Assembly: GCA_051362555.1 (NCBI GenBank)
Contig: CM120640.1
Span: 17,732,001 to 17,796,000, forward strand
Length of the DNA stretch: 64,000 nt
Direction of reading: 5' to 3'
DNA from: Lingula anatina
Lineage: Eukaryota > Animalia > Brachiopoda
The notes beneath the pieces were generated by a model. The model made no database searches and was not told the DNA's origin. It saw only the letters and a list, made by a program, of their open reading frames with translations. Shown piece after piece: positions 35,901 to 48,279 of this stretch; position 1 is the first letter of the stretch; every line of letters starts with the position of its first letter. The translations under genes were made by a program, and so were the position numbers.

Positions 35901-38900
35901 TGAGATGTGCATTCTACTGATTACTGCCAAAGTGAACAACATTTTTTTCTTCAAAATTATTTTCAATGGGGTTATCGAAACAATTCCTTGAGCCCCCCCT
36001 TGTTGACTCATAATACCTTGCTTTCATGAAGTCAAAACAAGAAAATATGAAATTAACACATTCTGTTTATTTGTTGCCCAAGCAGAAGAGTTCATAAATT
36101 GGACTTTTGGATGGGGGCCCGGGGAGGGAGGGAGTCCCTTGGGGTGACATTACTGTAGAGTCTAACACCATTTTGCACATGTGCAAGCATTTCATTTCTG
36201 TGCTGAAATGGCCCTAATGTCATGCTTACACATATGCAGAACTACAGTCCTGAAAAGTAATACGATCATCAAATATTATTATGTAAACAGAGAGCGTAAA
36301 TTCATATACACAGGTTAGGGAGAAAAAAAGAGCATTCATGCTACCACATTCACAGGCATGTTTGAACAAAAGCATTTACATAAATACCTTATCCATACTG
36401 GCTGCATTAAGTCGCATAATAGACGCATGTGCTAGACGATCAAATACCGTCCTCATGGCTTTGCGCGAATATAGCTCCTGTGGCTTGAACAGCTCTTCCA
36501 TAAATCTCTTGTTGAACATTGTGGCAATGATATCATGAAGCACTGAAACATGACATGTTTCATAAATAATAAATAATAATAAAATAGGAAATAAATATCA
36601 AGTCAAATTTTGAGGTGAAACAAATGTGTATGACTTAAATATATGACTAAGCTAAACATAGACTGCATTACAGAGATGAAAGAGGTCCTTTTTTAAAAAA
36701 TCTGGAGACTACAAGTGCCAAAGCCAAGCAAGTCTGTGTGGGGATACTGGGGACATAGATATAATACCCAAATACTGGAATAACCAGATAAACCTTGAAG
36801 ACTTCCATCTCTAAATACATCATGATATCCCTTAATGAGAAATGAAATGAAAACAAAATGCTAAGAACTAAATCATGATCAGGGGCGGATTTAGGGCGTC
36901 TTCTGGGTCTTCCGGAAGATGGTCAGATTTTCAAGTTTACATTGTCGGGCATCTAATGTTTTCTGTCGGAAGACGGTCAAAAATGGAGAATGGATCAACA
37001 AAGATAATTTGGAAGACTGTCAGAAAATATATCTGGATCCGCCCCTGATGATAAGGCTTGTTGATTGGTTTGAAATGCAATGATTCAAGCAATCAAATAA
37101 ATCTTAACTGATATATTGTAAATTTGGTTAAAAATAATCAACTCCTTCATTCAGTGTTTATAAAAAATGCCACAACTATATACATGTTGAGTTACATTGC
37201 TTTTCATATAGCACAAAGTGATTCAAAGTTTCAGGTCAGATGTGGGCAGATGACAACTCAAAACTTCCATTCTTCTTTTCATTTAAACAGAGATAAAATC
37301 ATGGATATAACAACTTCAGTACTGCGGAACACACCAAACCCATAAACATGGTTAGGTATTTATATTATGACCACAGCTGGAGTTGTATTTTTTACCCTGC
37401 TATGACTACCAATAAAATTTCACTGATTGGGCAGCAATCCAATATTGTAATATTTAAAGTAACAGTAACTCAACTACCATTTTTGCTATAGTATACTATA
37501 TACTTTTGAGGCAGATTCAAAAACTTGGGTTTAAACTTTGTTAGAGTTCAGGGATTCATGAAATGTTGAATGTTACAGTAATATAAGTGACTAATTTGTT
37601 AGACTAACATTATCATCTTAATCTAGCAGATAACTTACTTCGGATCATGTTATGAGTCATGACCAAGAGAAATGCTCCAGATTTATCAAATCAGGACTGT
37701 TGGAAATGGGCAATGTTGAGATAAAAACAAACAAATCAATAAAATGCTATTCAATATCAAAGAATAGGTTTAATCTTCATATTATGGTAATATCACCATC
37801 ATAATTACAGATTGCATAACACTTTAACTACCTTTTCCGATTTCCCATTATTTTTATTATATATGTTATATATAATAACATAAACCAACAAGTCATCACA
37901 CTGCTGAAGAGAGCACATTTCTTTTTGTTTGGAGTTGTGCTGACTTCCTGTGTAGCAATTTTAACTAAGTGAACAAAATATTCTTATTATTTGGATTGGG
38001 TTTAGACAAGGAATTAGACAGCATATTTAATTCTTTGGATTAGCCTATGTACAGTTTATTTTTTCCTCTCTGATTTATTTTTGTGTCAATCATTCTGTCA
38101 TGGTGTAAAAAAGGACCATTCACGAGGAATTTTGTCAATCTAGCTAAGTGATTCAAAGTGACTCTTGCTGAATGCAGTCAGATTAATAGACTCACGTCTC
38201 CTCCTGGCATTGAAAAGAACATAGAAAACCTGGCGATTATACAATTAAGTTCTTTTGAAACAAGAGAAAGCCTGTGAGTCCATGAATCTGATTGCATTCA
38301 ACAACAGTCTTCATGCATGGAGTTAGCATGAAAATTCATGCGTTACGGTTAGCACTCCTATTGACGATTCTGATATGTACTGGCTGTGCTGGGGATACTG
38401 GGGACATAGATATAATACCCAAATACTGGAATAACCAGATAAACCTTGAAGACTTCCATCTCTAAATACATCATGATATCCCTTAATGAGAAATGAACTG
38501 AAAACAAAATGCTAACGCACAGACAGTACATATCAGAATCGTCAATAGGAGTGCTAACACATGAATTTTCGTGCTAGCATGGAGTTAGTGTGGATCAGCT
38601 AGGTCGAAGAAATTCATTGTGGACTGTCCCTTACACCATGTTTTGTAAATATATGCATAAATGTAAAACTGGTGCACTAAAAGACAGATTACACCTCCTA
38701 CTGCCTGTCTGTGGAAGACTAGCACTAGCAGTACCGGTAGTTGTTATATTTTATTAGTGCTGTCTATAAAATCCTATTGAAATATAAACAACCTCCAACT
38801 GACCAATACTGCTATGGTTCCGGATAATATTTTTCATTGTCTTAATAGGACTTAACTTGAGTTAACTGTTTGATTTAAGTTTAATACGTATTCTGCATAA

Positions 38901-39094
38901 GGCCGGAATCTTGATCCAAACACGGCAACTGTGGTTCAGTGGCATTGGCACTGCACAAGATTTAAAACCTGTGAATCTTTACCTTTTGCTGCTTTATCCT
39001 GGGGTATATTCTGTGCACGTAGTCTCTGGTCCAATATATACATCATCTCACCACCTAAATTAATGAACAACAAGGATAAACTTTTCAGCGACAT
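29949..39094 (-). CDS. OSCP1: OSCP1 (organic solute carrier partner 1 / NOR1), 381 aa. Exons: 39094-38983, 36542-36388, 34581-34414, 32822-32742, 32274-32171, 31619-31491, 31254-31167, 30680-30550, 30368-30302, 30059-29949
   Basis: MSLKSLSLLFINLGGEMMYILDQRLRAQNIP...LAHASIMRLNAASMDKLYDLMTMAFKYQV...DDLLDLMDSA* matches OSCP1 family signatures. Ten exons joined by GT-AG introns total 1146 nt in frame. Confidence 0.96.
34750..34974. mobile_element. Palindromic MITE, PIF/Harbinger-like (TAA TSD)
   Basis: Long imperfect inverted arms (CATTCCCAAAGATTTTAGATCGATC ... GATCGATCTAAATCTCTGGGAATG) with TAA on both flanks. Confidence 0.7.
36880..37047. mobile_element. MITE (hAT-like CAGGGGCGGAT termini)
   Basis: TIRs CAGGGGCGGAT and ATCCGCCCCTG; internal GGAAGA(C/T)GGTCA repeats; the flanks share only ATGAT. 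Confidence 0.75.
38324..38576. mobile_element. Non-autonomous TIR element (Mutator- or AcademH-like by its 9-bp TSD) carrying a captured 126-bp host-intron fragment
   Basis: TIRs at 38324-38389 and 38517-38576. Perfect 9-bp TSD GCATGGAGT at 38315-38323 and 38577-38585. The interior 38390-38515 copies 36739-36864 with 1 mismatch. Confidence 0.85.
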
Positions 39095-40582
39095 TTTGTT
39101 AGAGTCACCGCTACTTTCCTACTAGTGAATCGCGAAACCTGGGACTCAAACAAAAATGGACGATAGAGGTCAGTGTAGGGCAATGCCAAGACGAGACATG
39201 GCAATGTGGTTTGGTTAAGATCAGTTGTAGGACTAATAACTTAGGTCCTTGGTTAAGAAAACATTAGTTCATTTAGCAAAAGGTATGATGGAACGCAGAC
39301 AAATGTTCAGTGGAACACCAGGGATTTTGTCCTTTTACATTTATATTTAGCACTGCTAAGCAGACAGAAGTTTAAATATAGCTACAGTAGCTGCACTAAT
39401 GGTTTAGAAAATATTTTTGAATTTGATTTTACACTTATTTTGCCAGAAAAGCTTATACAGAAATACACAATTAAAAAGTAAGTCATGTTGTGAGTTGAAA
39501 GTGGAGATTAATGGTTCATTTTTAATAAAGTAAAAATAAAAAATCAGAAATTGAGGTGCAAAATTAATTGCAATATACTCAGTACGGGTGCATTATGTTC
39601 GTTCTTGACAGGGTATTTTTTTCAGAAACTGTTCAAATTTAAAAACACAATATAGTTTTACAGAAAAGGTACATGTAAATTGTTTTATTTATTTTAATTA
39701 ATCAATGTATTTAATTACAACCACAAAGTGCATCACATCTCAACTTTGGTAGTAGTTAATCTAATGAACATCAGATCAAATGATTATAGGAAAGTCTGTC
39801 TTTTAATAATCTAAGCCTTAATTTTGAAAATAATCATCAACGTGGCAATCACTCTGCTTCATGAAAGTGTACAGCACCACAGCAACCAATAACATCTTTT
39901 AGATTTTAACAATGCAACATGATAACATATTTAGGCACACTCAATAGTATTACAGTATTATTTAAAACAAGAAAGGCAACATATTTCATAATATTAGTTT
40001 TTAAGCACAGATCAATGTTAAAGAATGATATTTGATCAATTTCCCTAATGTAGGGACTTTTGACAACAAAAAACTTACTACAGATAAATGTTCTTTTATC
40101 AAACAGTATCACAGGTCAATATACAGTATAGGATTTATAATATCAAAAAGAAAAAACTGTACAGTATGCACTAAACATATAGAAACAAAATTTCTCATGC
40201 ATAAGTGGAATGTATAAACAACAGGGTTTGTTATATCAAAATATTTCATAATCAAAGATTGCACATTTTTAATAAAACAAGTTAGATATCTGTTGTGTGC
40301 AAAACCTTCAGGGCAATTTCAGTAGGAGATATCACTCTCTACATAATATAATGTTTTTATTACTCTCTACATACAATAATGCTTTTTTACATTACTGTAA
40401 CAGCATTTCTTCTTCAATAATGCTCTATTTATATATGGTGGAGACGTTTGTAGCCAGAATTTCACCCTTTTTTCTAAATTCCTTCATAAAAGGATTGAGT
40501 AAAATTAATCAGTTCTTAAAATCTCTTTAAATCTTTAAGGCTGTCATTCTAATATCAGCCTGTCCAGCAGCTAGTATGTGAT

Positions 40583-43500
40583 TCAATCTTCATCATCATC
40601 ATCTGAGGCAACTTGTGGCCCCCGCTTCATGGGGACCATGCTTCCCCCCACCAGGCCATTGGCTGTATTGAACAGATTGATAGGGGAACTGCCATCTGTG
40701 ATCAGAGTGGACTTCAAGCCCAGTGCCTTCAGGAGTTTCACCTGGAATTAGGAATGTGAGGGTTAAAATTATGTTATTAACAATTTCCCATGTCAGTTAA
40801 ATGTTGTTCCTCCCAGTGTTCCGTGACAACTTTACGAAAACTTTCAACCAAACATATACAAAAATACTTCAACACATTGAGAAGAACAACAATTTTATTA
40901 TATGCATAGTTGTAAATCATATAATCAGCATAATCAGAACAAACCATGATAGAACTAGCCATGAATTCTACTTGCCTGCATCTCGGGTCCAGAAGTTGCA
41001 ATGGCTCTGATGGTGTCTGCACCTATGGAATTCACCATGTCTTTAAACTTGCCAGTCTCAATGGCAGTCATCTCCTTGGACTTGGACAGCTCAAGCTCAT
41101 TCTGTTCACGAAGGAACCTGATCTCTGCTTCACGGGCACTGGTAAGGCGTTCAAGTTCTCCTTCCTGTAAGTAACAATAATTCATGTATATAAATAACTG
41201 TCTGTGCAAAATAATTTGGCACCTAGTAGCCCTTTCACACAATTGAGTCAAAGAGCAAACTGACCCAAAAGCCAAAATAATCAACACTATCTTAAGAAAT
41301 TTACACAAATTTATAATCATTACTAGCATTTTTAAAATTAAATATATGTTTAAAAAATGAAAATTTTACAACTGTTTTGCATGTCAATAAATACGTATCA
41401 TTAATATTATCAAAGCCCAGCTTCAATTTTGCTAACATTAGGCATGGGGCCTTAAATAAAATTGCAGACTGAAATCAGTGCAACTTTTTGTATTAACATC
41501 TAGTTCACTAAATACTAAGATATAAAACATAATCATACGTACTGCTTCAATTTTCATAGCCTGCGCCTTCAGTTTGGCTTGCTCCACATTAGCCTCTCCC
41601 TCTATTCTGGCAGACTCTGCCCTGGACTGTGCCTCTGCCTTGGCTTGCCCTGTGCTCTCTACGGCAGCACTCTGAGCCTGGAGTTCTAGAAGAGCGCGGC
41701 GAGATTTCTCAGCCTCAGCTTCATCACTTATCTTTTGACGCTCCAGGCGACCTTTTGCCTCCTGCTCTAGACGCTCTGCTTCATGTCTGAAAATGATCAA
41801 ATACAACATGAGACCTTTCTGTATGCTGTTTGTATAATATTAGTTAAACAATTGTGATAAATTTCTCTCGACTAAAACTAGCTGACCATTCATAAGAATA
41901 TCATACTGTATGTGATCATTATACAATGTAGTTTAAGAAGCACTAGGAGTAGGGCAGCAATACTGGTGGGTGTGGTTAAAATAAAAGCTTCCACAATCTT
42001 CACCCAATCAAAGCCTCTGTTACATATGACATAAGACTACAGTTTACCTGGCTGCTGCCTCCTGTGAGTTGGTGGTAATTTCAATGGCCAGTTGGACAGA
42101 CTTCTGCAAGGCATCTCTAGTTCTCTGGTCCACTGGTTCCACAGACTGAATATCTATGCTGGTGATGATCAAGTTGTTCTGTTTGAACACAAAGCGATCT
42201 CGCACTTTCTTGCTGTCGTCAATTCCAAACACAGACGCACGGATAATTTTGGCAGAGTTCTGAAATGGAAGTTTGTATTCTCAGGCACTGACATTTTAAT
42301 TTTAGTGAAAGTCTATGGTTGGGTGAAAAGACTGCCACTAATTTACAACAATTCACGCACCTATATTAAATTTTTTATCCAATGTCCATTTTTAAAAACC
42401 ACCAACTCAGAAATGAACAACTCAATCATACTTCTTGAGAAGTATGCCAAACACATTGAGAGACTTACAATGGAGAAAATAGTCCAATGAAGTTTACCTT
42501 ATGAAAGTCATCAAACTGAACCTGTGCCACAGCTCCTCTGACTCTAGATGCAATTGCTTTACAAGCATCTCCAACAAAGTCGGGAACACTGAACAACTTA
42601 GCTGCCTCAGTTTCAAAGTCTTTGTCTCCAGCCTTGGTTGAAATTTCGAAGTGCCTAAAACCAAAGACAAATTATAGTGCTCTACAAGTTCTGCTTTCAT
42701 TACAATGTTCATACAAATTTTTTAAAAATCTGAATTGTGCTAAACTGTGATGGTTTTAAACCACGAAAGACCCAACTAAGAAAAACAATTTCCATTACTG
42801 TCTACTATATTGTCAAGCAAGAGTTTTTAAACATAAAAAAACATACATATAAATATAGAATACATACCAATTGTAAGATAGCTGCAGAGAGAGCCTTGCG
42901 TGATCCGCCGTCTCCACCACTATAATGTCTGTGCAGAAGTCGGGACCCATGAGAAGGCACAGTGATTTGATAAGATTGGGTTTCTTGGGTTTACCACCAG
43001 ACAAACTGAGCTGAGTAAACTGTTCATCTGGACCCAGCATCACCAGATCTGGACCAAACACAACTCTGCAAAATTGTGAAAAATTTATTACAAATATATA
43101 ACAAGCAACTGTCCGTCAAGTGAAATTTGAAAACTGTTTGACAAGAAAGTCACAAGACTGACAACAATCCATGAGGCTTCATGGAGATGATTTGTCTGCT
43201 TCAAAATTAAGAAGTCACAAATATAAAATATTATTTGTTGGCAACTCTGTATACATTTATCAATTAAGCATCTGAATGACTGTAGAAATCTCCAAGTCAA
43301 AAATCTTTAAATCAGTTAATCCTCTAAAAAATTCTTGGCATAACAAATACCTTGCTTTTTTCTCCTTGTAATCATATATCTGCACTGCTGCATTGTGTGG
43401 CACTCTGAAGGTGACTACTCTGGTTTTGTCACGTGTTTGGGTGCTTGCCCCTCTGCCGCGCTCTCCTCTATCAGCCAGTGGATCTTTCCCTTGGGCCAGA

Positions 43501-46500
43501 AGTGCCTCCACAGCAGGGGGCAGCTCCTTACACCACAACTCCTCATCTTGGTTCAACATGTAGGTCTCCCCAGTAATGGCTCTTACCTATAATAAAAATA
43601 ATTACACTTTGAATTTCAGCAAGGTATCTCCAGTTATAAATAAATGATGAGTGCCAGCAGGTCTACACCAGTAACTTTTTGCCCAATAAAACAATTTTAT
43701 CTGTATTTTTTAATTTATTAACTATGGGACCATTCAGAATGAGAAGAGCCGAGTGTTAGCTAGGCCAGGACCTAAATATGGCAGACCTACATGAAAGGAA
43801 GACTGCTTAATCCTGTAATGGTATCTCCGCCTCTCACATGCCTCCCCATGCATCGTCCCTGCAGGGGCACAGTAATTTAATCTTGGCTCAATTCAACCTG
43901 TCAAAGGATGACGCGTGGGTAGCCATGTGAGAGGCGGAGAGACCATTACAGGATTCCAAAATGCTTTTACATGCCTCTGTTTTGCAATAATGAAACAAAA
44001 CAACAACTTGTATGGTGGTCCTTGCATTTTCAAATTCAGACAAAAATACACCATAGCAAAAGTGTGACCTTAGTACACATATTTCTATTTTCTTTAACTG
44101 ATAACTTAAAATGACCTTCCAAATAAAAGTGTAACAACTGAGCTAAAGAAATTGATGCCTCCTTGATTAAAGCAAAATTTTCAAGCAAACCCACCTTGCC
44201 AGTTTTGACATTTCTGACATAGATTCCTTCATTTTCATCTAGTGGGATGGCTTGACGTTTGCAGACAACTTCTACTTCAACTGGAGGAACATATTCCTTG
44301 GGGCCTCTGATCATCCAACGATCTCCAGGGTGGCGCTCAATGCCCTAGGTGTAAGATTATGAATAAGTAAATTTCTTGGCAACAATGCTATAAACACTCT
44401 GATAGAAAAAAGTAGGAAAAAACAAAGGCAGTAAACCATCATGTCAAAATTGATTTGATTTCAATTTTATGTTCCTCACTTACCAATATAAAACTTGTAT
44501 GAACATTTTCCTATGTTTGCAAATATGGTTACCAAAAATCACTTACTGCCCCAGCATCCTTGAACAACTCTGTAGATCTGAGGATAAGACCTTCATCTTC
44601 CCCAAGAATGTAGACATCTTGGATTCCTTCCTCCAGACTCTCACCAGGCATCAAGAAGAAAGACTTCTCTCCCTACAATGTAAAAAGTGGAAATTCATTG
44701 TTCTATTAAATTAAATATTCTTGTACAAAAAATTGCATGGAAGGCACATTTGTTTCGTACATCAACAGTGAACAATAAATAATACTGCACTTACAAAAAC
44801 TACAGGTAGGCTTTTTACATAACTTCACTCACCTTCACTAATTTCTTCTTTCCAAGTTGGGGTTTCCCATCGTCATCCACGGGGTCCAGGATGACACAGT
44901 ACTGTCTGCTGCTCAAAGTGGTGATATCAACAACACCAACAACTTCCTCGTACACTTGAGGAATGTGAGTTTCTGTGTCCGACATCTTGATTAACCACTC
45001 CTCTCCATTTTTACGCACATTGCCAAAGTCATCCTTGAATGTTCTTATGGCCCTCATGTGCAAAGCTTTCTATAATTGAGATCAAACAAGGGTTACTTTG
45101 TTGATGAATGGGCTTTCTTTGACATACTGTATTTTTATTAAATACTTCAATAAAGTAAAGGTTATCAAGTTCATACAAAAATATCACATCACCATGGAAA
45201 CTGATATTATCTAACAAGTTCTTTAAGGTCTCATGTATTGCTTAATAAGCACAACTTCAGCAAGCATGTAAAAAATAAAAATAAATAAATAAAAATTCTA
45301 AAGGTTGTATCACACATAAATTCTATATATAATAGAAAACAGATCTTAGCATGCTATTAGCTCCACAATAATGAAGACAACAAGATACCTTTTCTGTAAG
45401 TACAAAGGCATCCTCTACATCCACTACTTCCTCATATGCTCCAGGCAGGTAAGCCCCAGTCTTCTTCACTATCCACTCCTCTCCTGTGACACGAGGGACA
45501 CCATCACGATCTATGCACTCTTTGCGTGCACGTAGTTTGCATGCCTGGTTGGGTTTGATAACTGTGGCACGTATTGTCTCCTCTACTGCTACCTCCTTTC
45601 TGGGAATATAAGTTCCTACAAACAGAGAAAACTTGTATGTAGCAGCATGCTTCCCAAGATGTATTTATCTGTTGTTGGAGATTACCAAAAATGAAGTTTA
45701 GAATAATGAGATAAACAGATTTTTCATCAAAAATTCAGATTACACAGATATAAGAAACTCACACACACATTTAAAAATAATCACTATATTTTTATTAAAA
45801 AAACCCAAAAAAACTCCGCAAAATCAAGGTATCATTTTTTGAGAGGAAAATATTTTTCTTAACAAAAATCAGTATGGGTACTATTGGGCAATACCACAAT
45901 CTTTTAGATCGTAAAAAAAAACTGAATAATCTAAATTATTTTAACTGATTAAAATCACAAATCATTACTCAAGCTGGCTATAACATATAAAATATTACCA
46001 CGATCTAATCTTACCTGGCCCCTCAAACAGCCATTCATCCCCAGCTGTTCTTTTCTCACCAGTCTCATCTTCAAAGTCCAAAACAGCACGCAGGCGTATT
46101 GCTGCATTTGCTGCAACTATTTTCAAGGGTACCACTGGCTGTAAATAAAGAATTTATAAGATACCATCTTCATGAAGAGGATGTATGCAATCAACAAGTG
46201 CCTCTATGATAAAACTGCCCAGGTTTTCTAAATTAGGTTTGCCCATAAAACATAAGTAAAATGATATAATCAATCTTGAAGTAGCTTGTACATTCATTGA
46301 GCCATTACAAGCTTCTGAATCTGTTAGCTGTAGTTTTCAAGAGTATTTTGTGTGACTGTCACTAGCTTTGTACCTGCTTGAGCACCTCCCCTGGATAAAG
46401 AGGGAAAGGATCTTGTGCAAGGCGTATCTCCTGGTCAGCATGCAGCAGCTTGGGCTGTCCACTCTTGTCAAACACACATTTGCCGTCCTTGTCTTTGAGG

Positions 46501-46842
46501 ATAGGGTTTTCAATGACGCAAAAATGCCTAGGGGGCACTGTCACCATCTTCTCAGGCCCCAAAACAACCCTAAACAGGCAAATGACATCATATTTACTTT
46601 TGAGTTAAAATTCCCTTTAAAAATGCAATAGGAAATCATATGGATGAAACTTGAAGCCAAAGTGAAACAAATTTTCTCTGTTAAAGGATGAAAGATCCTT
46701 AATTTTACCTTTCATTGTCCTGTCTGATGTATGTGTTTGGCCCAATCTCCAGTCGTGTGACATTGGTGTTCTGATCCAACACATGGATGTAGAAGTAGGG
46801 AGGAATACGGAACAAAGACTCATCCTTGCTTCTGGATGCCAT
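40583..46842 (-). CDS. MVP: Major vault protein, 862 aa. Exons: 46842-46709, 46569-46374, 46138-46015, 45615-45389, 45069-44833, 44672-44547, 44344-44195, 43586-43351, 43065-42868, 42654-42498, 42259-42048, 41786-41543, 41164-40976, 40741-40583
   Basis: Vault repeats ([19 protein letters not shown]; [10 protein letters not shown]), shoulder domain ([19 protein letters not shown]), cap helix ([47 protein letters not shown]) and C-terminal [15 protein letters not shown]. Fourteen exons total 2589 nt in frame. Confidence 0.98.
43809..43955. mobile_element. Fold-back/MITE hairpin element in an MVP intron
   Basis: Inverted arms of ~50 bp: AATCCTGTAATGGTATCTCCGCCTCTCACATG... and ...CATGTGAGAGGCGGAGAGACCATTACAGGATT. 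Confidence 0.8.
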
Positions 46843-48279
46843 CTTCAAAGCTTTATTCTCAGATCTGTTTAACCTGTAATGAGCAATATGACTAATAAAG
46901 AATAAATTTTAAGGTGACTGACTCATCCCTGTCTTTTACTGGATGAACTTAAATTACCACTTTGTAGTCACCTATAATGTCCCACAGCATAACATACCAC
47001 ACCATATCATAGAGATATAACAGATGAACCAAACTATAAATCATTTTAGATCCTGCTTTTTATATTTGTGCTACATCCATAAGAATATGGTAATGAGATG
47101 TCATAGTTTTCAGGTAGCTGAAGTATAAATTTATCATCACCAATTAAACTCATTAAGAGGGAGCACAATCTTTTAAATAACAGGGACCATGCTTATTAAA
47201 GTTTTTAACATCTATATCTTGGGGTAAGAAGTTATTTTTTCTTTAGCTATTATTATTGTACTAAAGATATGATAACAATTTAAACTAAGACTTGAACTTC
47301 TTATTTTACAGTAAGATAAAATATTTACAGACATTCAAAGATGGTCAATTGTTTTTTTTTCTTTAAAAAATGTTTTCTTTAGAGATTATTACAGAGGATA
47401 GCAATTTATGAAGGTCCACGTAGTCCAGTGGCACACAAAGACTTGGACAATTGTTGCCAAAATAAATGGAAAAAAAATTTGTAAAACAATCTTATCATGT
47501 TGATTTTCAAAAGGAACCTTCCACTTTACCAAACAAAACCAAGTTATATAAAGATACAGTTTGACAGTAATAGGGTGAAATAAAGATGTGTTGGACACCA
47601 ATTGCAACAGCATGATCAGCCACGTGCACAGTGATCAGAATATATACAGACACATACAGTGTCTGCATATAAAAATATCAGCATATGCTATATATGTACG
47701 GATACAGTGTAACATATCTGAATCAATAACACTCATTTTATGCATCTGAATAATATATCTAAGCTCCTTTTAATTTTGCAAACATTTCTATGCAGCTTAC
47801 ATTTTGGATCCAAATGCACGTAATTGTTATCAATGTCACAGAGATATCAATGTCACACAGAACAATAAGTTTGTCATTAAATTATTAATATAAACCATCA
47901 ATGATAATAACAAGAACATTTTATCATCAGTCACAAGATATCTGGTTGCTATGTCAGTATAGTTACATTTATCATGACCCATTTTATGCAGTGCCACCTG
48001 AATTTGGTAATTTCCGTATTTGATATGCACATGTAGTTCTTATTTGCAATTATTCCATTTCCAGTTTAAAGAATATTAAAAAATCTTTTAATATTTAGTT
48101 AATGTAAATTAACATTAATAACAACATTAGGAAATAATAATATTAATAATAATAAAAAGAATACGGATCAATCAACCAGTATTTAGAAAATATTTAAAAT
48201 GTCTATATTTAAATTACAGTATCTATATTGCAAAAAAGTAACCTTTTAACAATGTCACATCACCATTACTGATGTAGTT

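Noticed and set aside
44120-44150. Minus-strand CTTTAGCTCAGTTGTTAC inside an MVP intron, resembling the 5'/box A part of vertebrate vault RNA (CTTTAGCTCAGCGGTTAC)
   Set aside because: It is followed almost at once by TTTT (a Pol III terminator), with no box B (GGTTCGA) and no closing terminal stem. Probably coincidence; an Infernal search with the Rfam Vault model would settle it.
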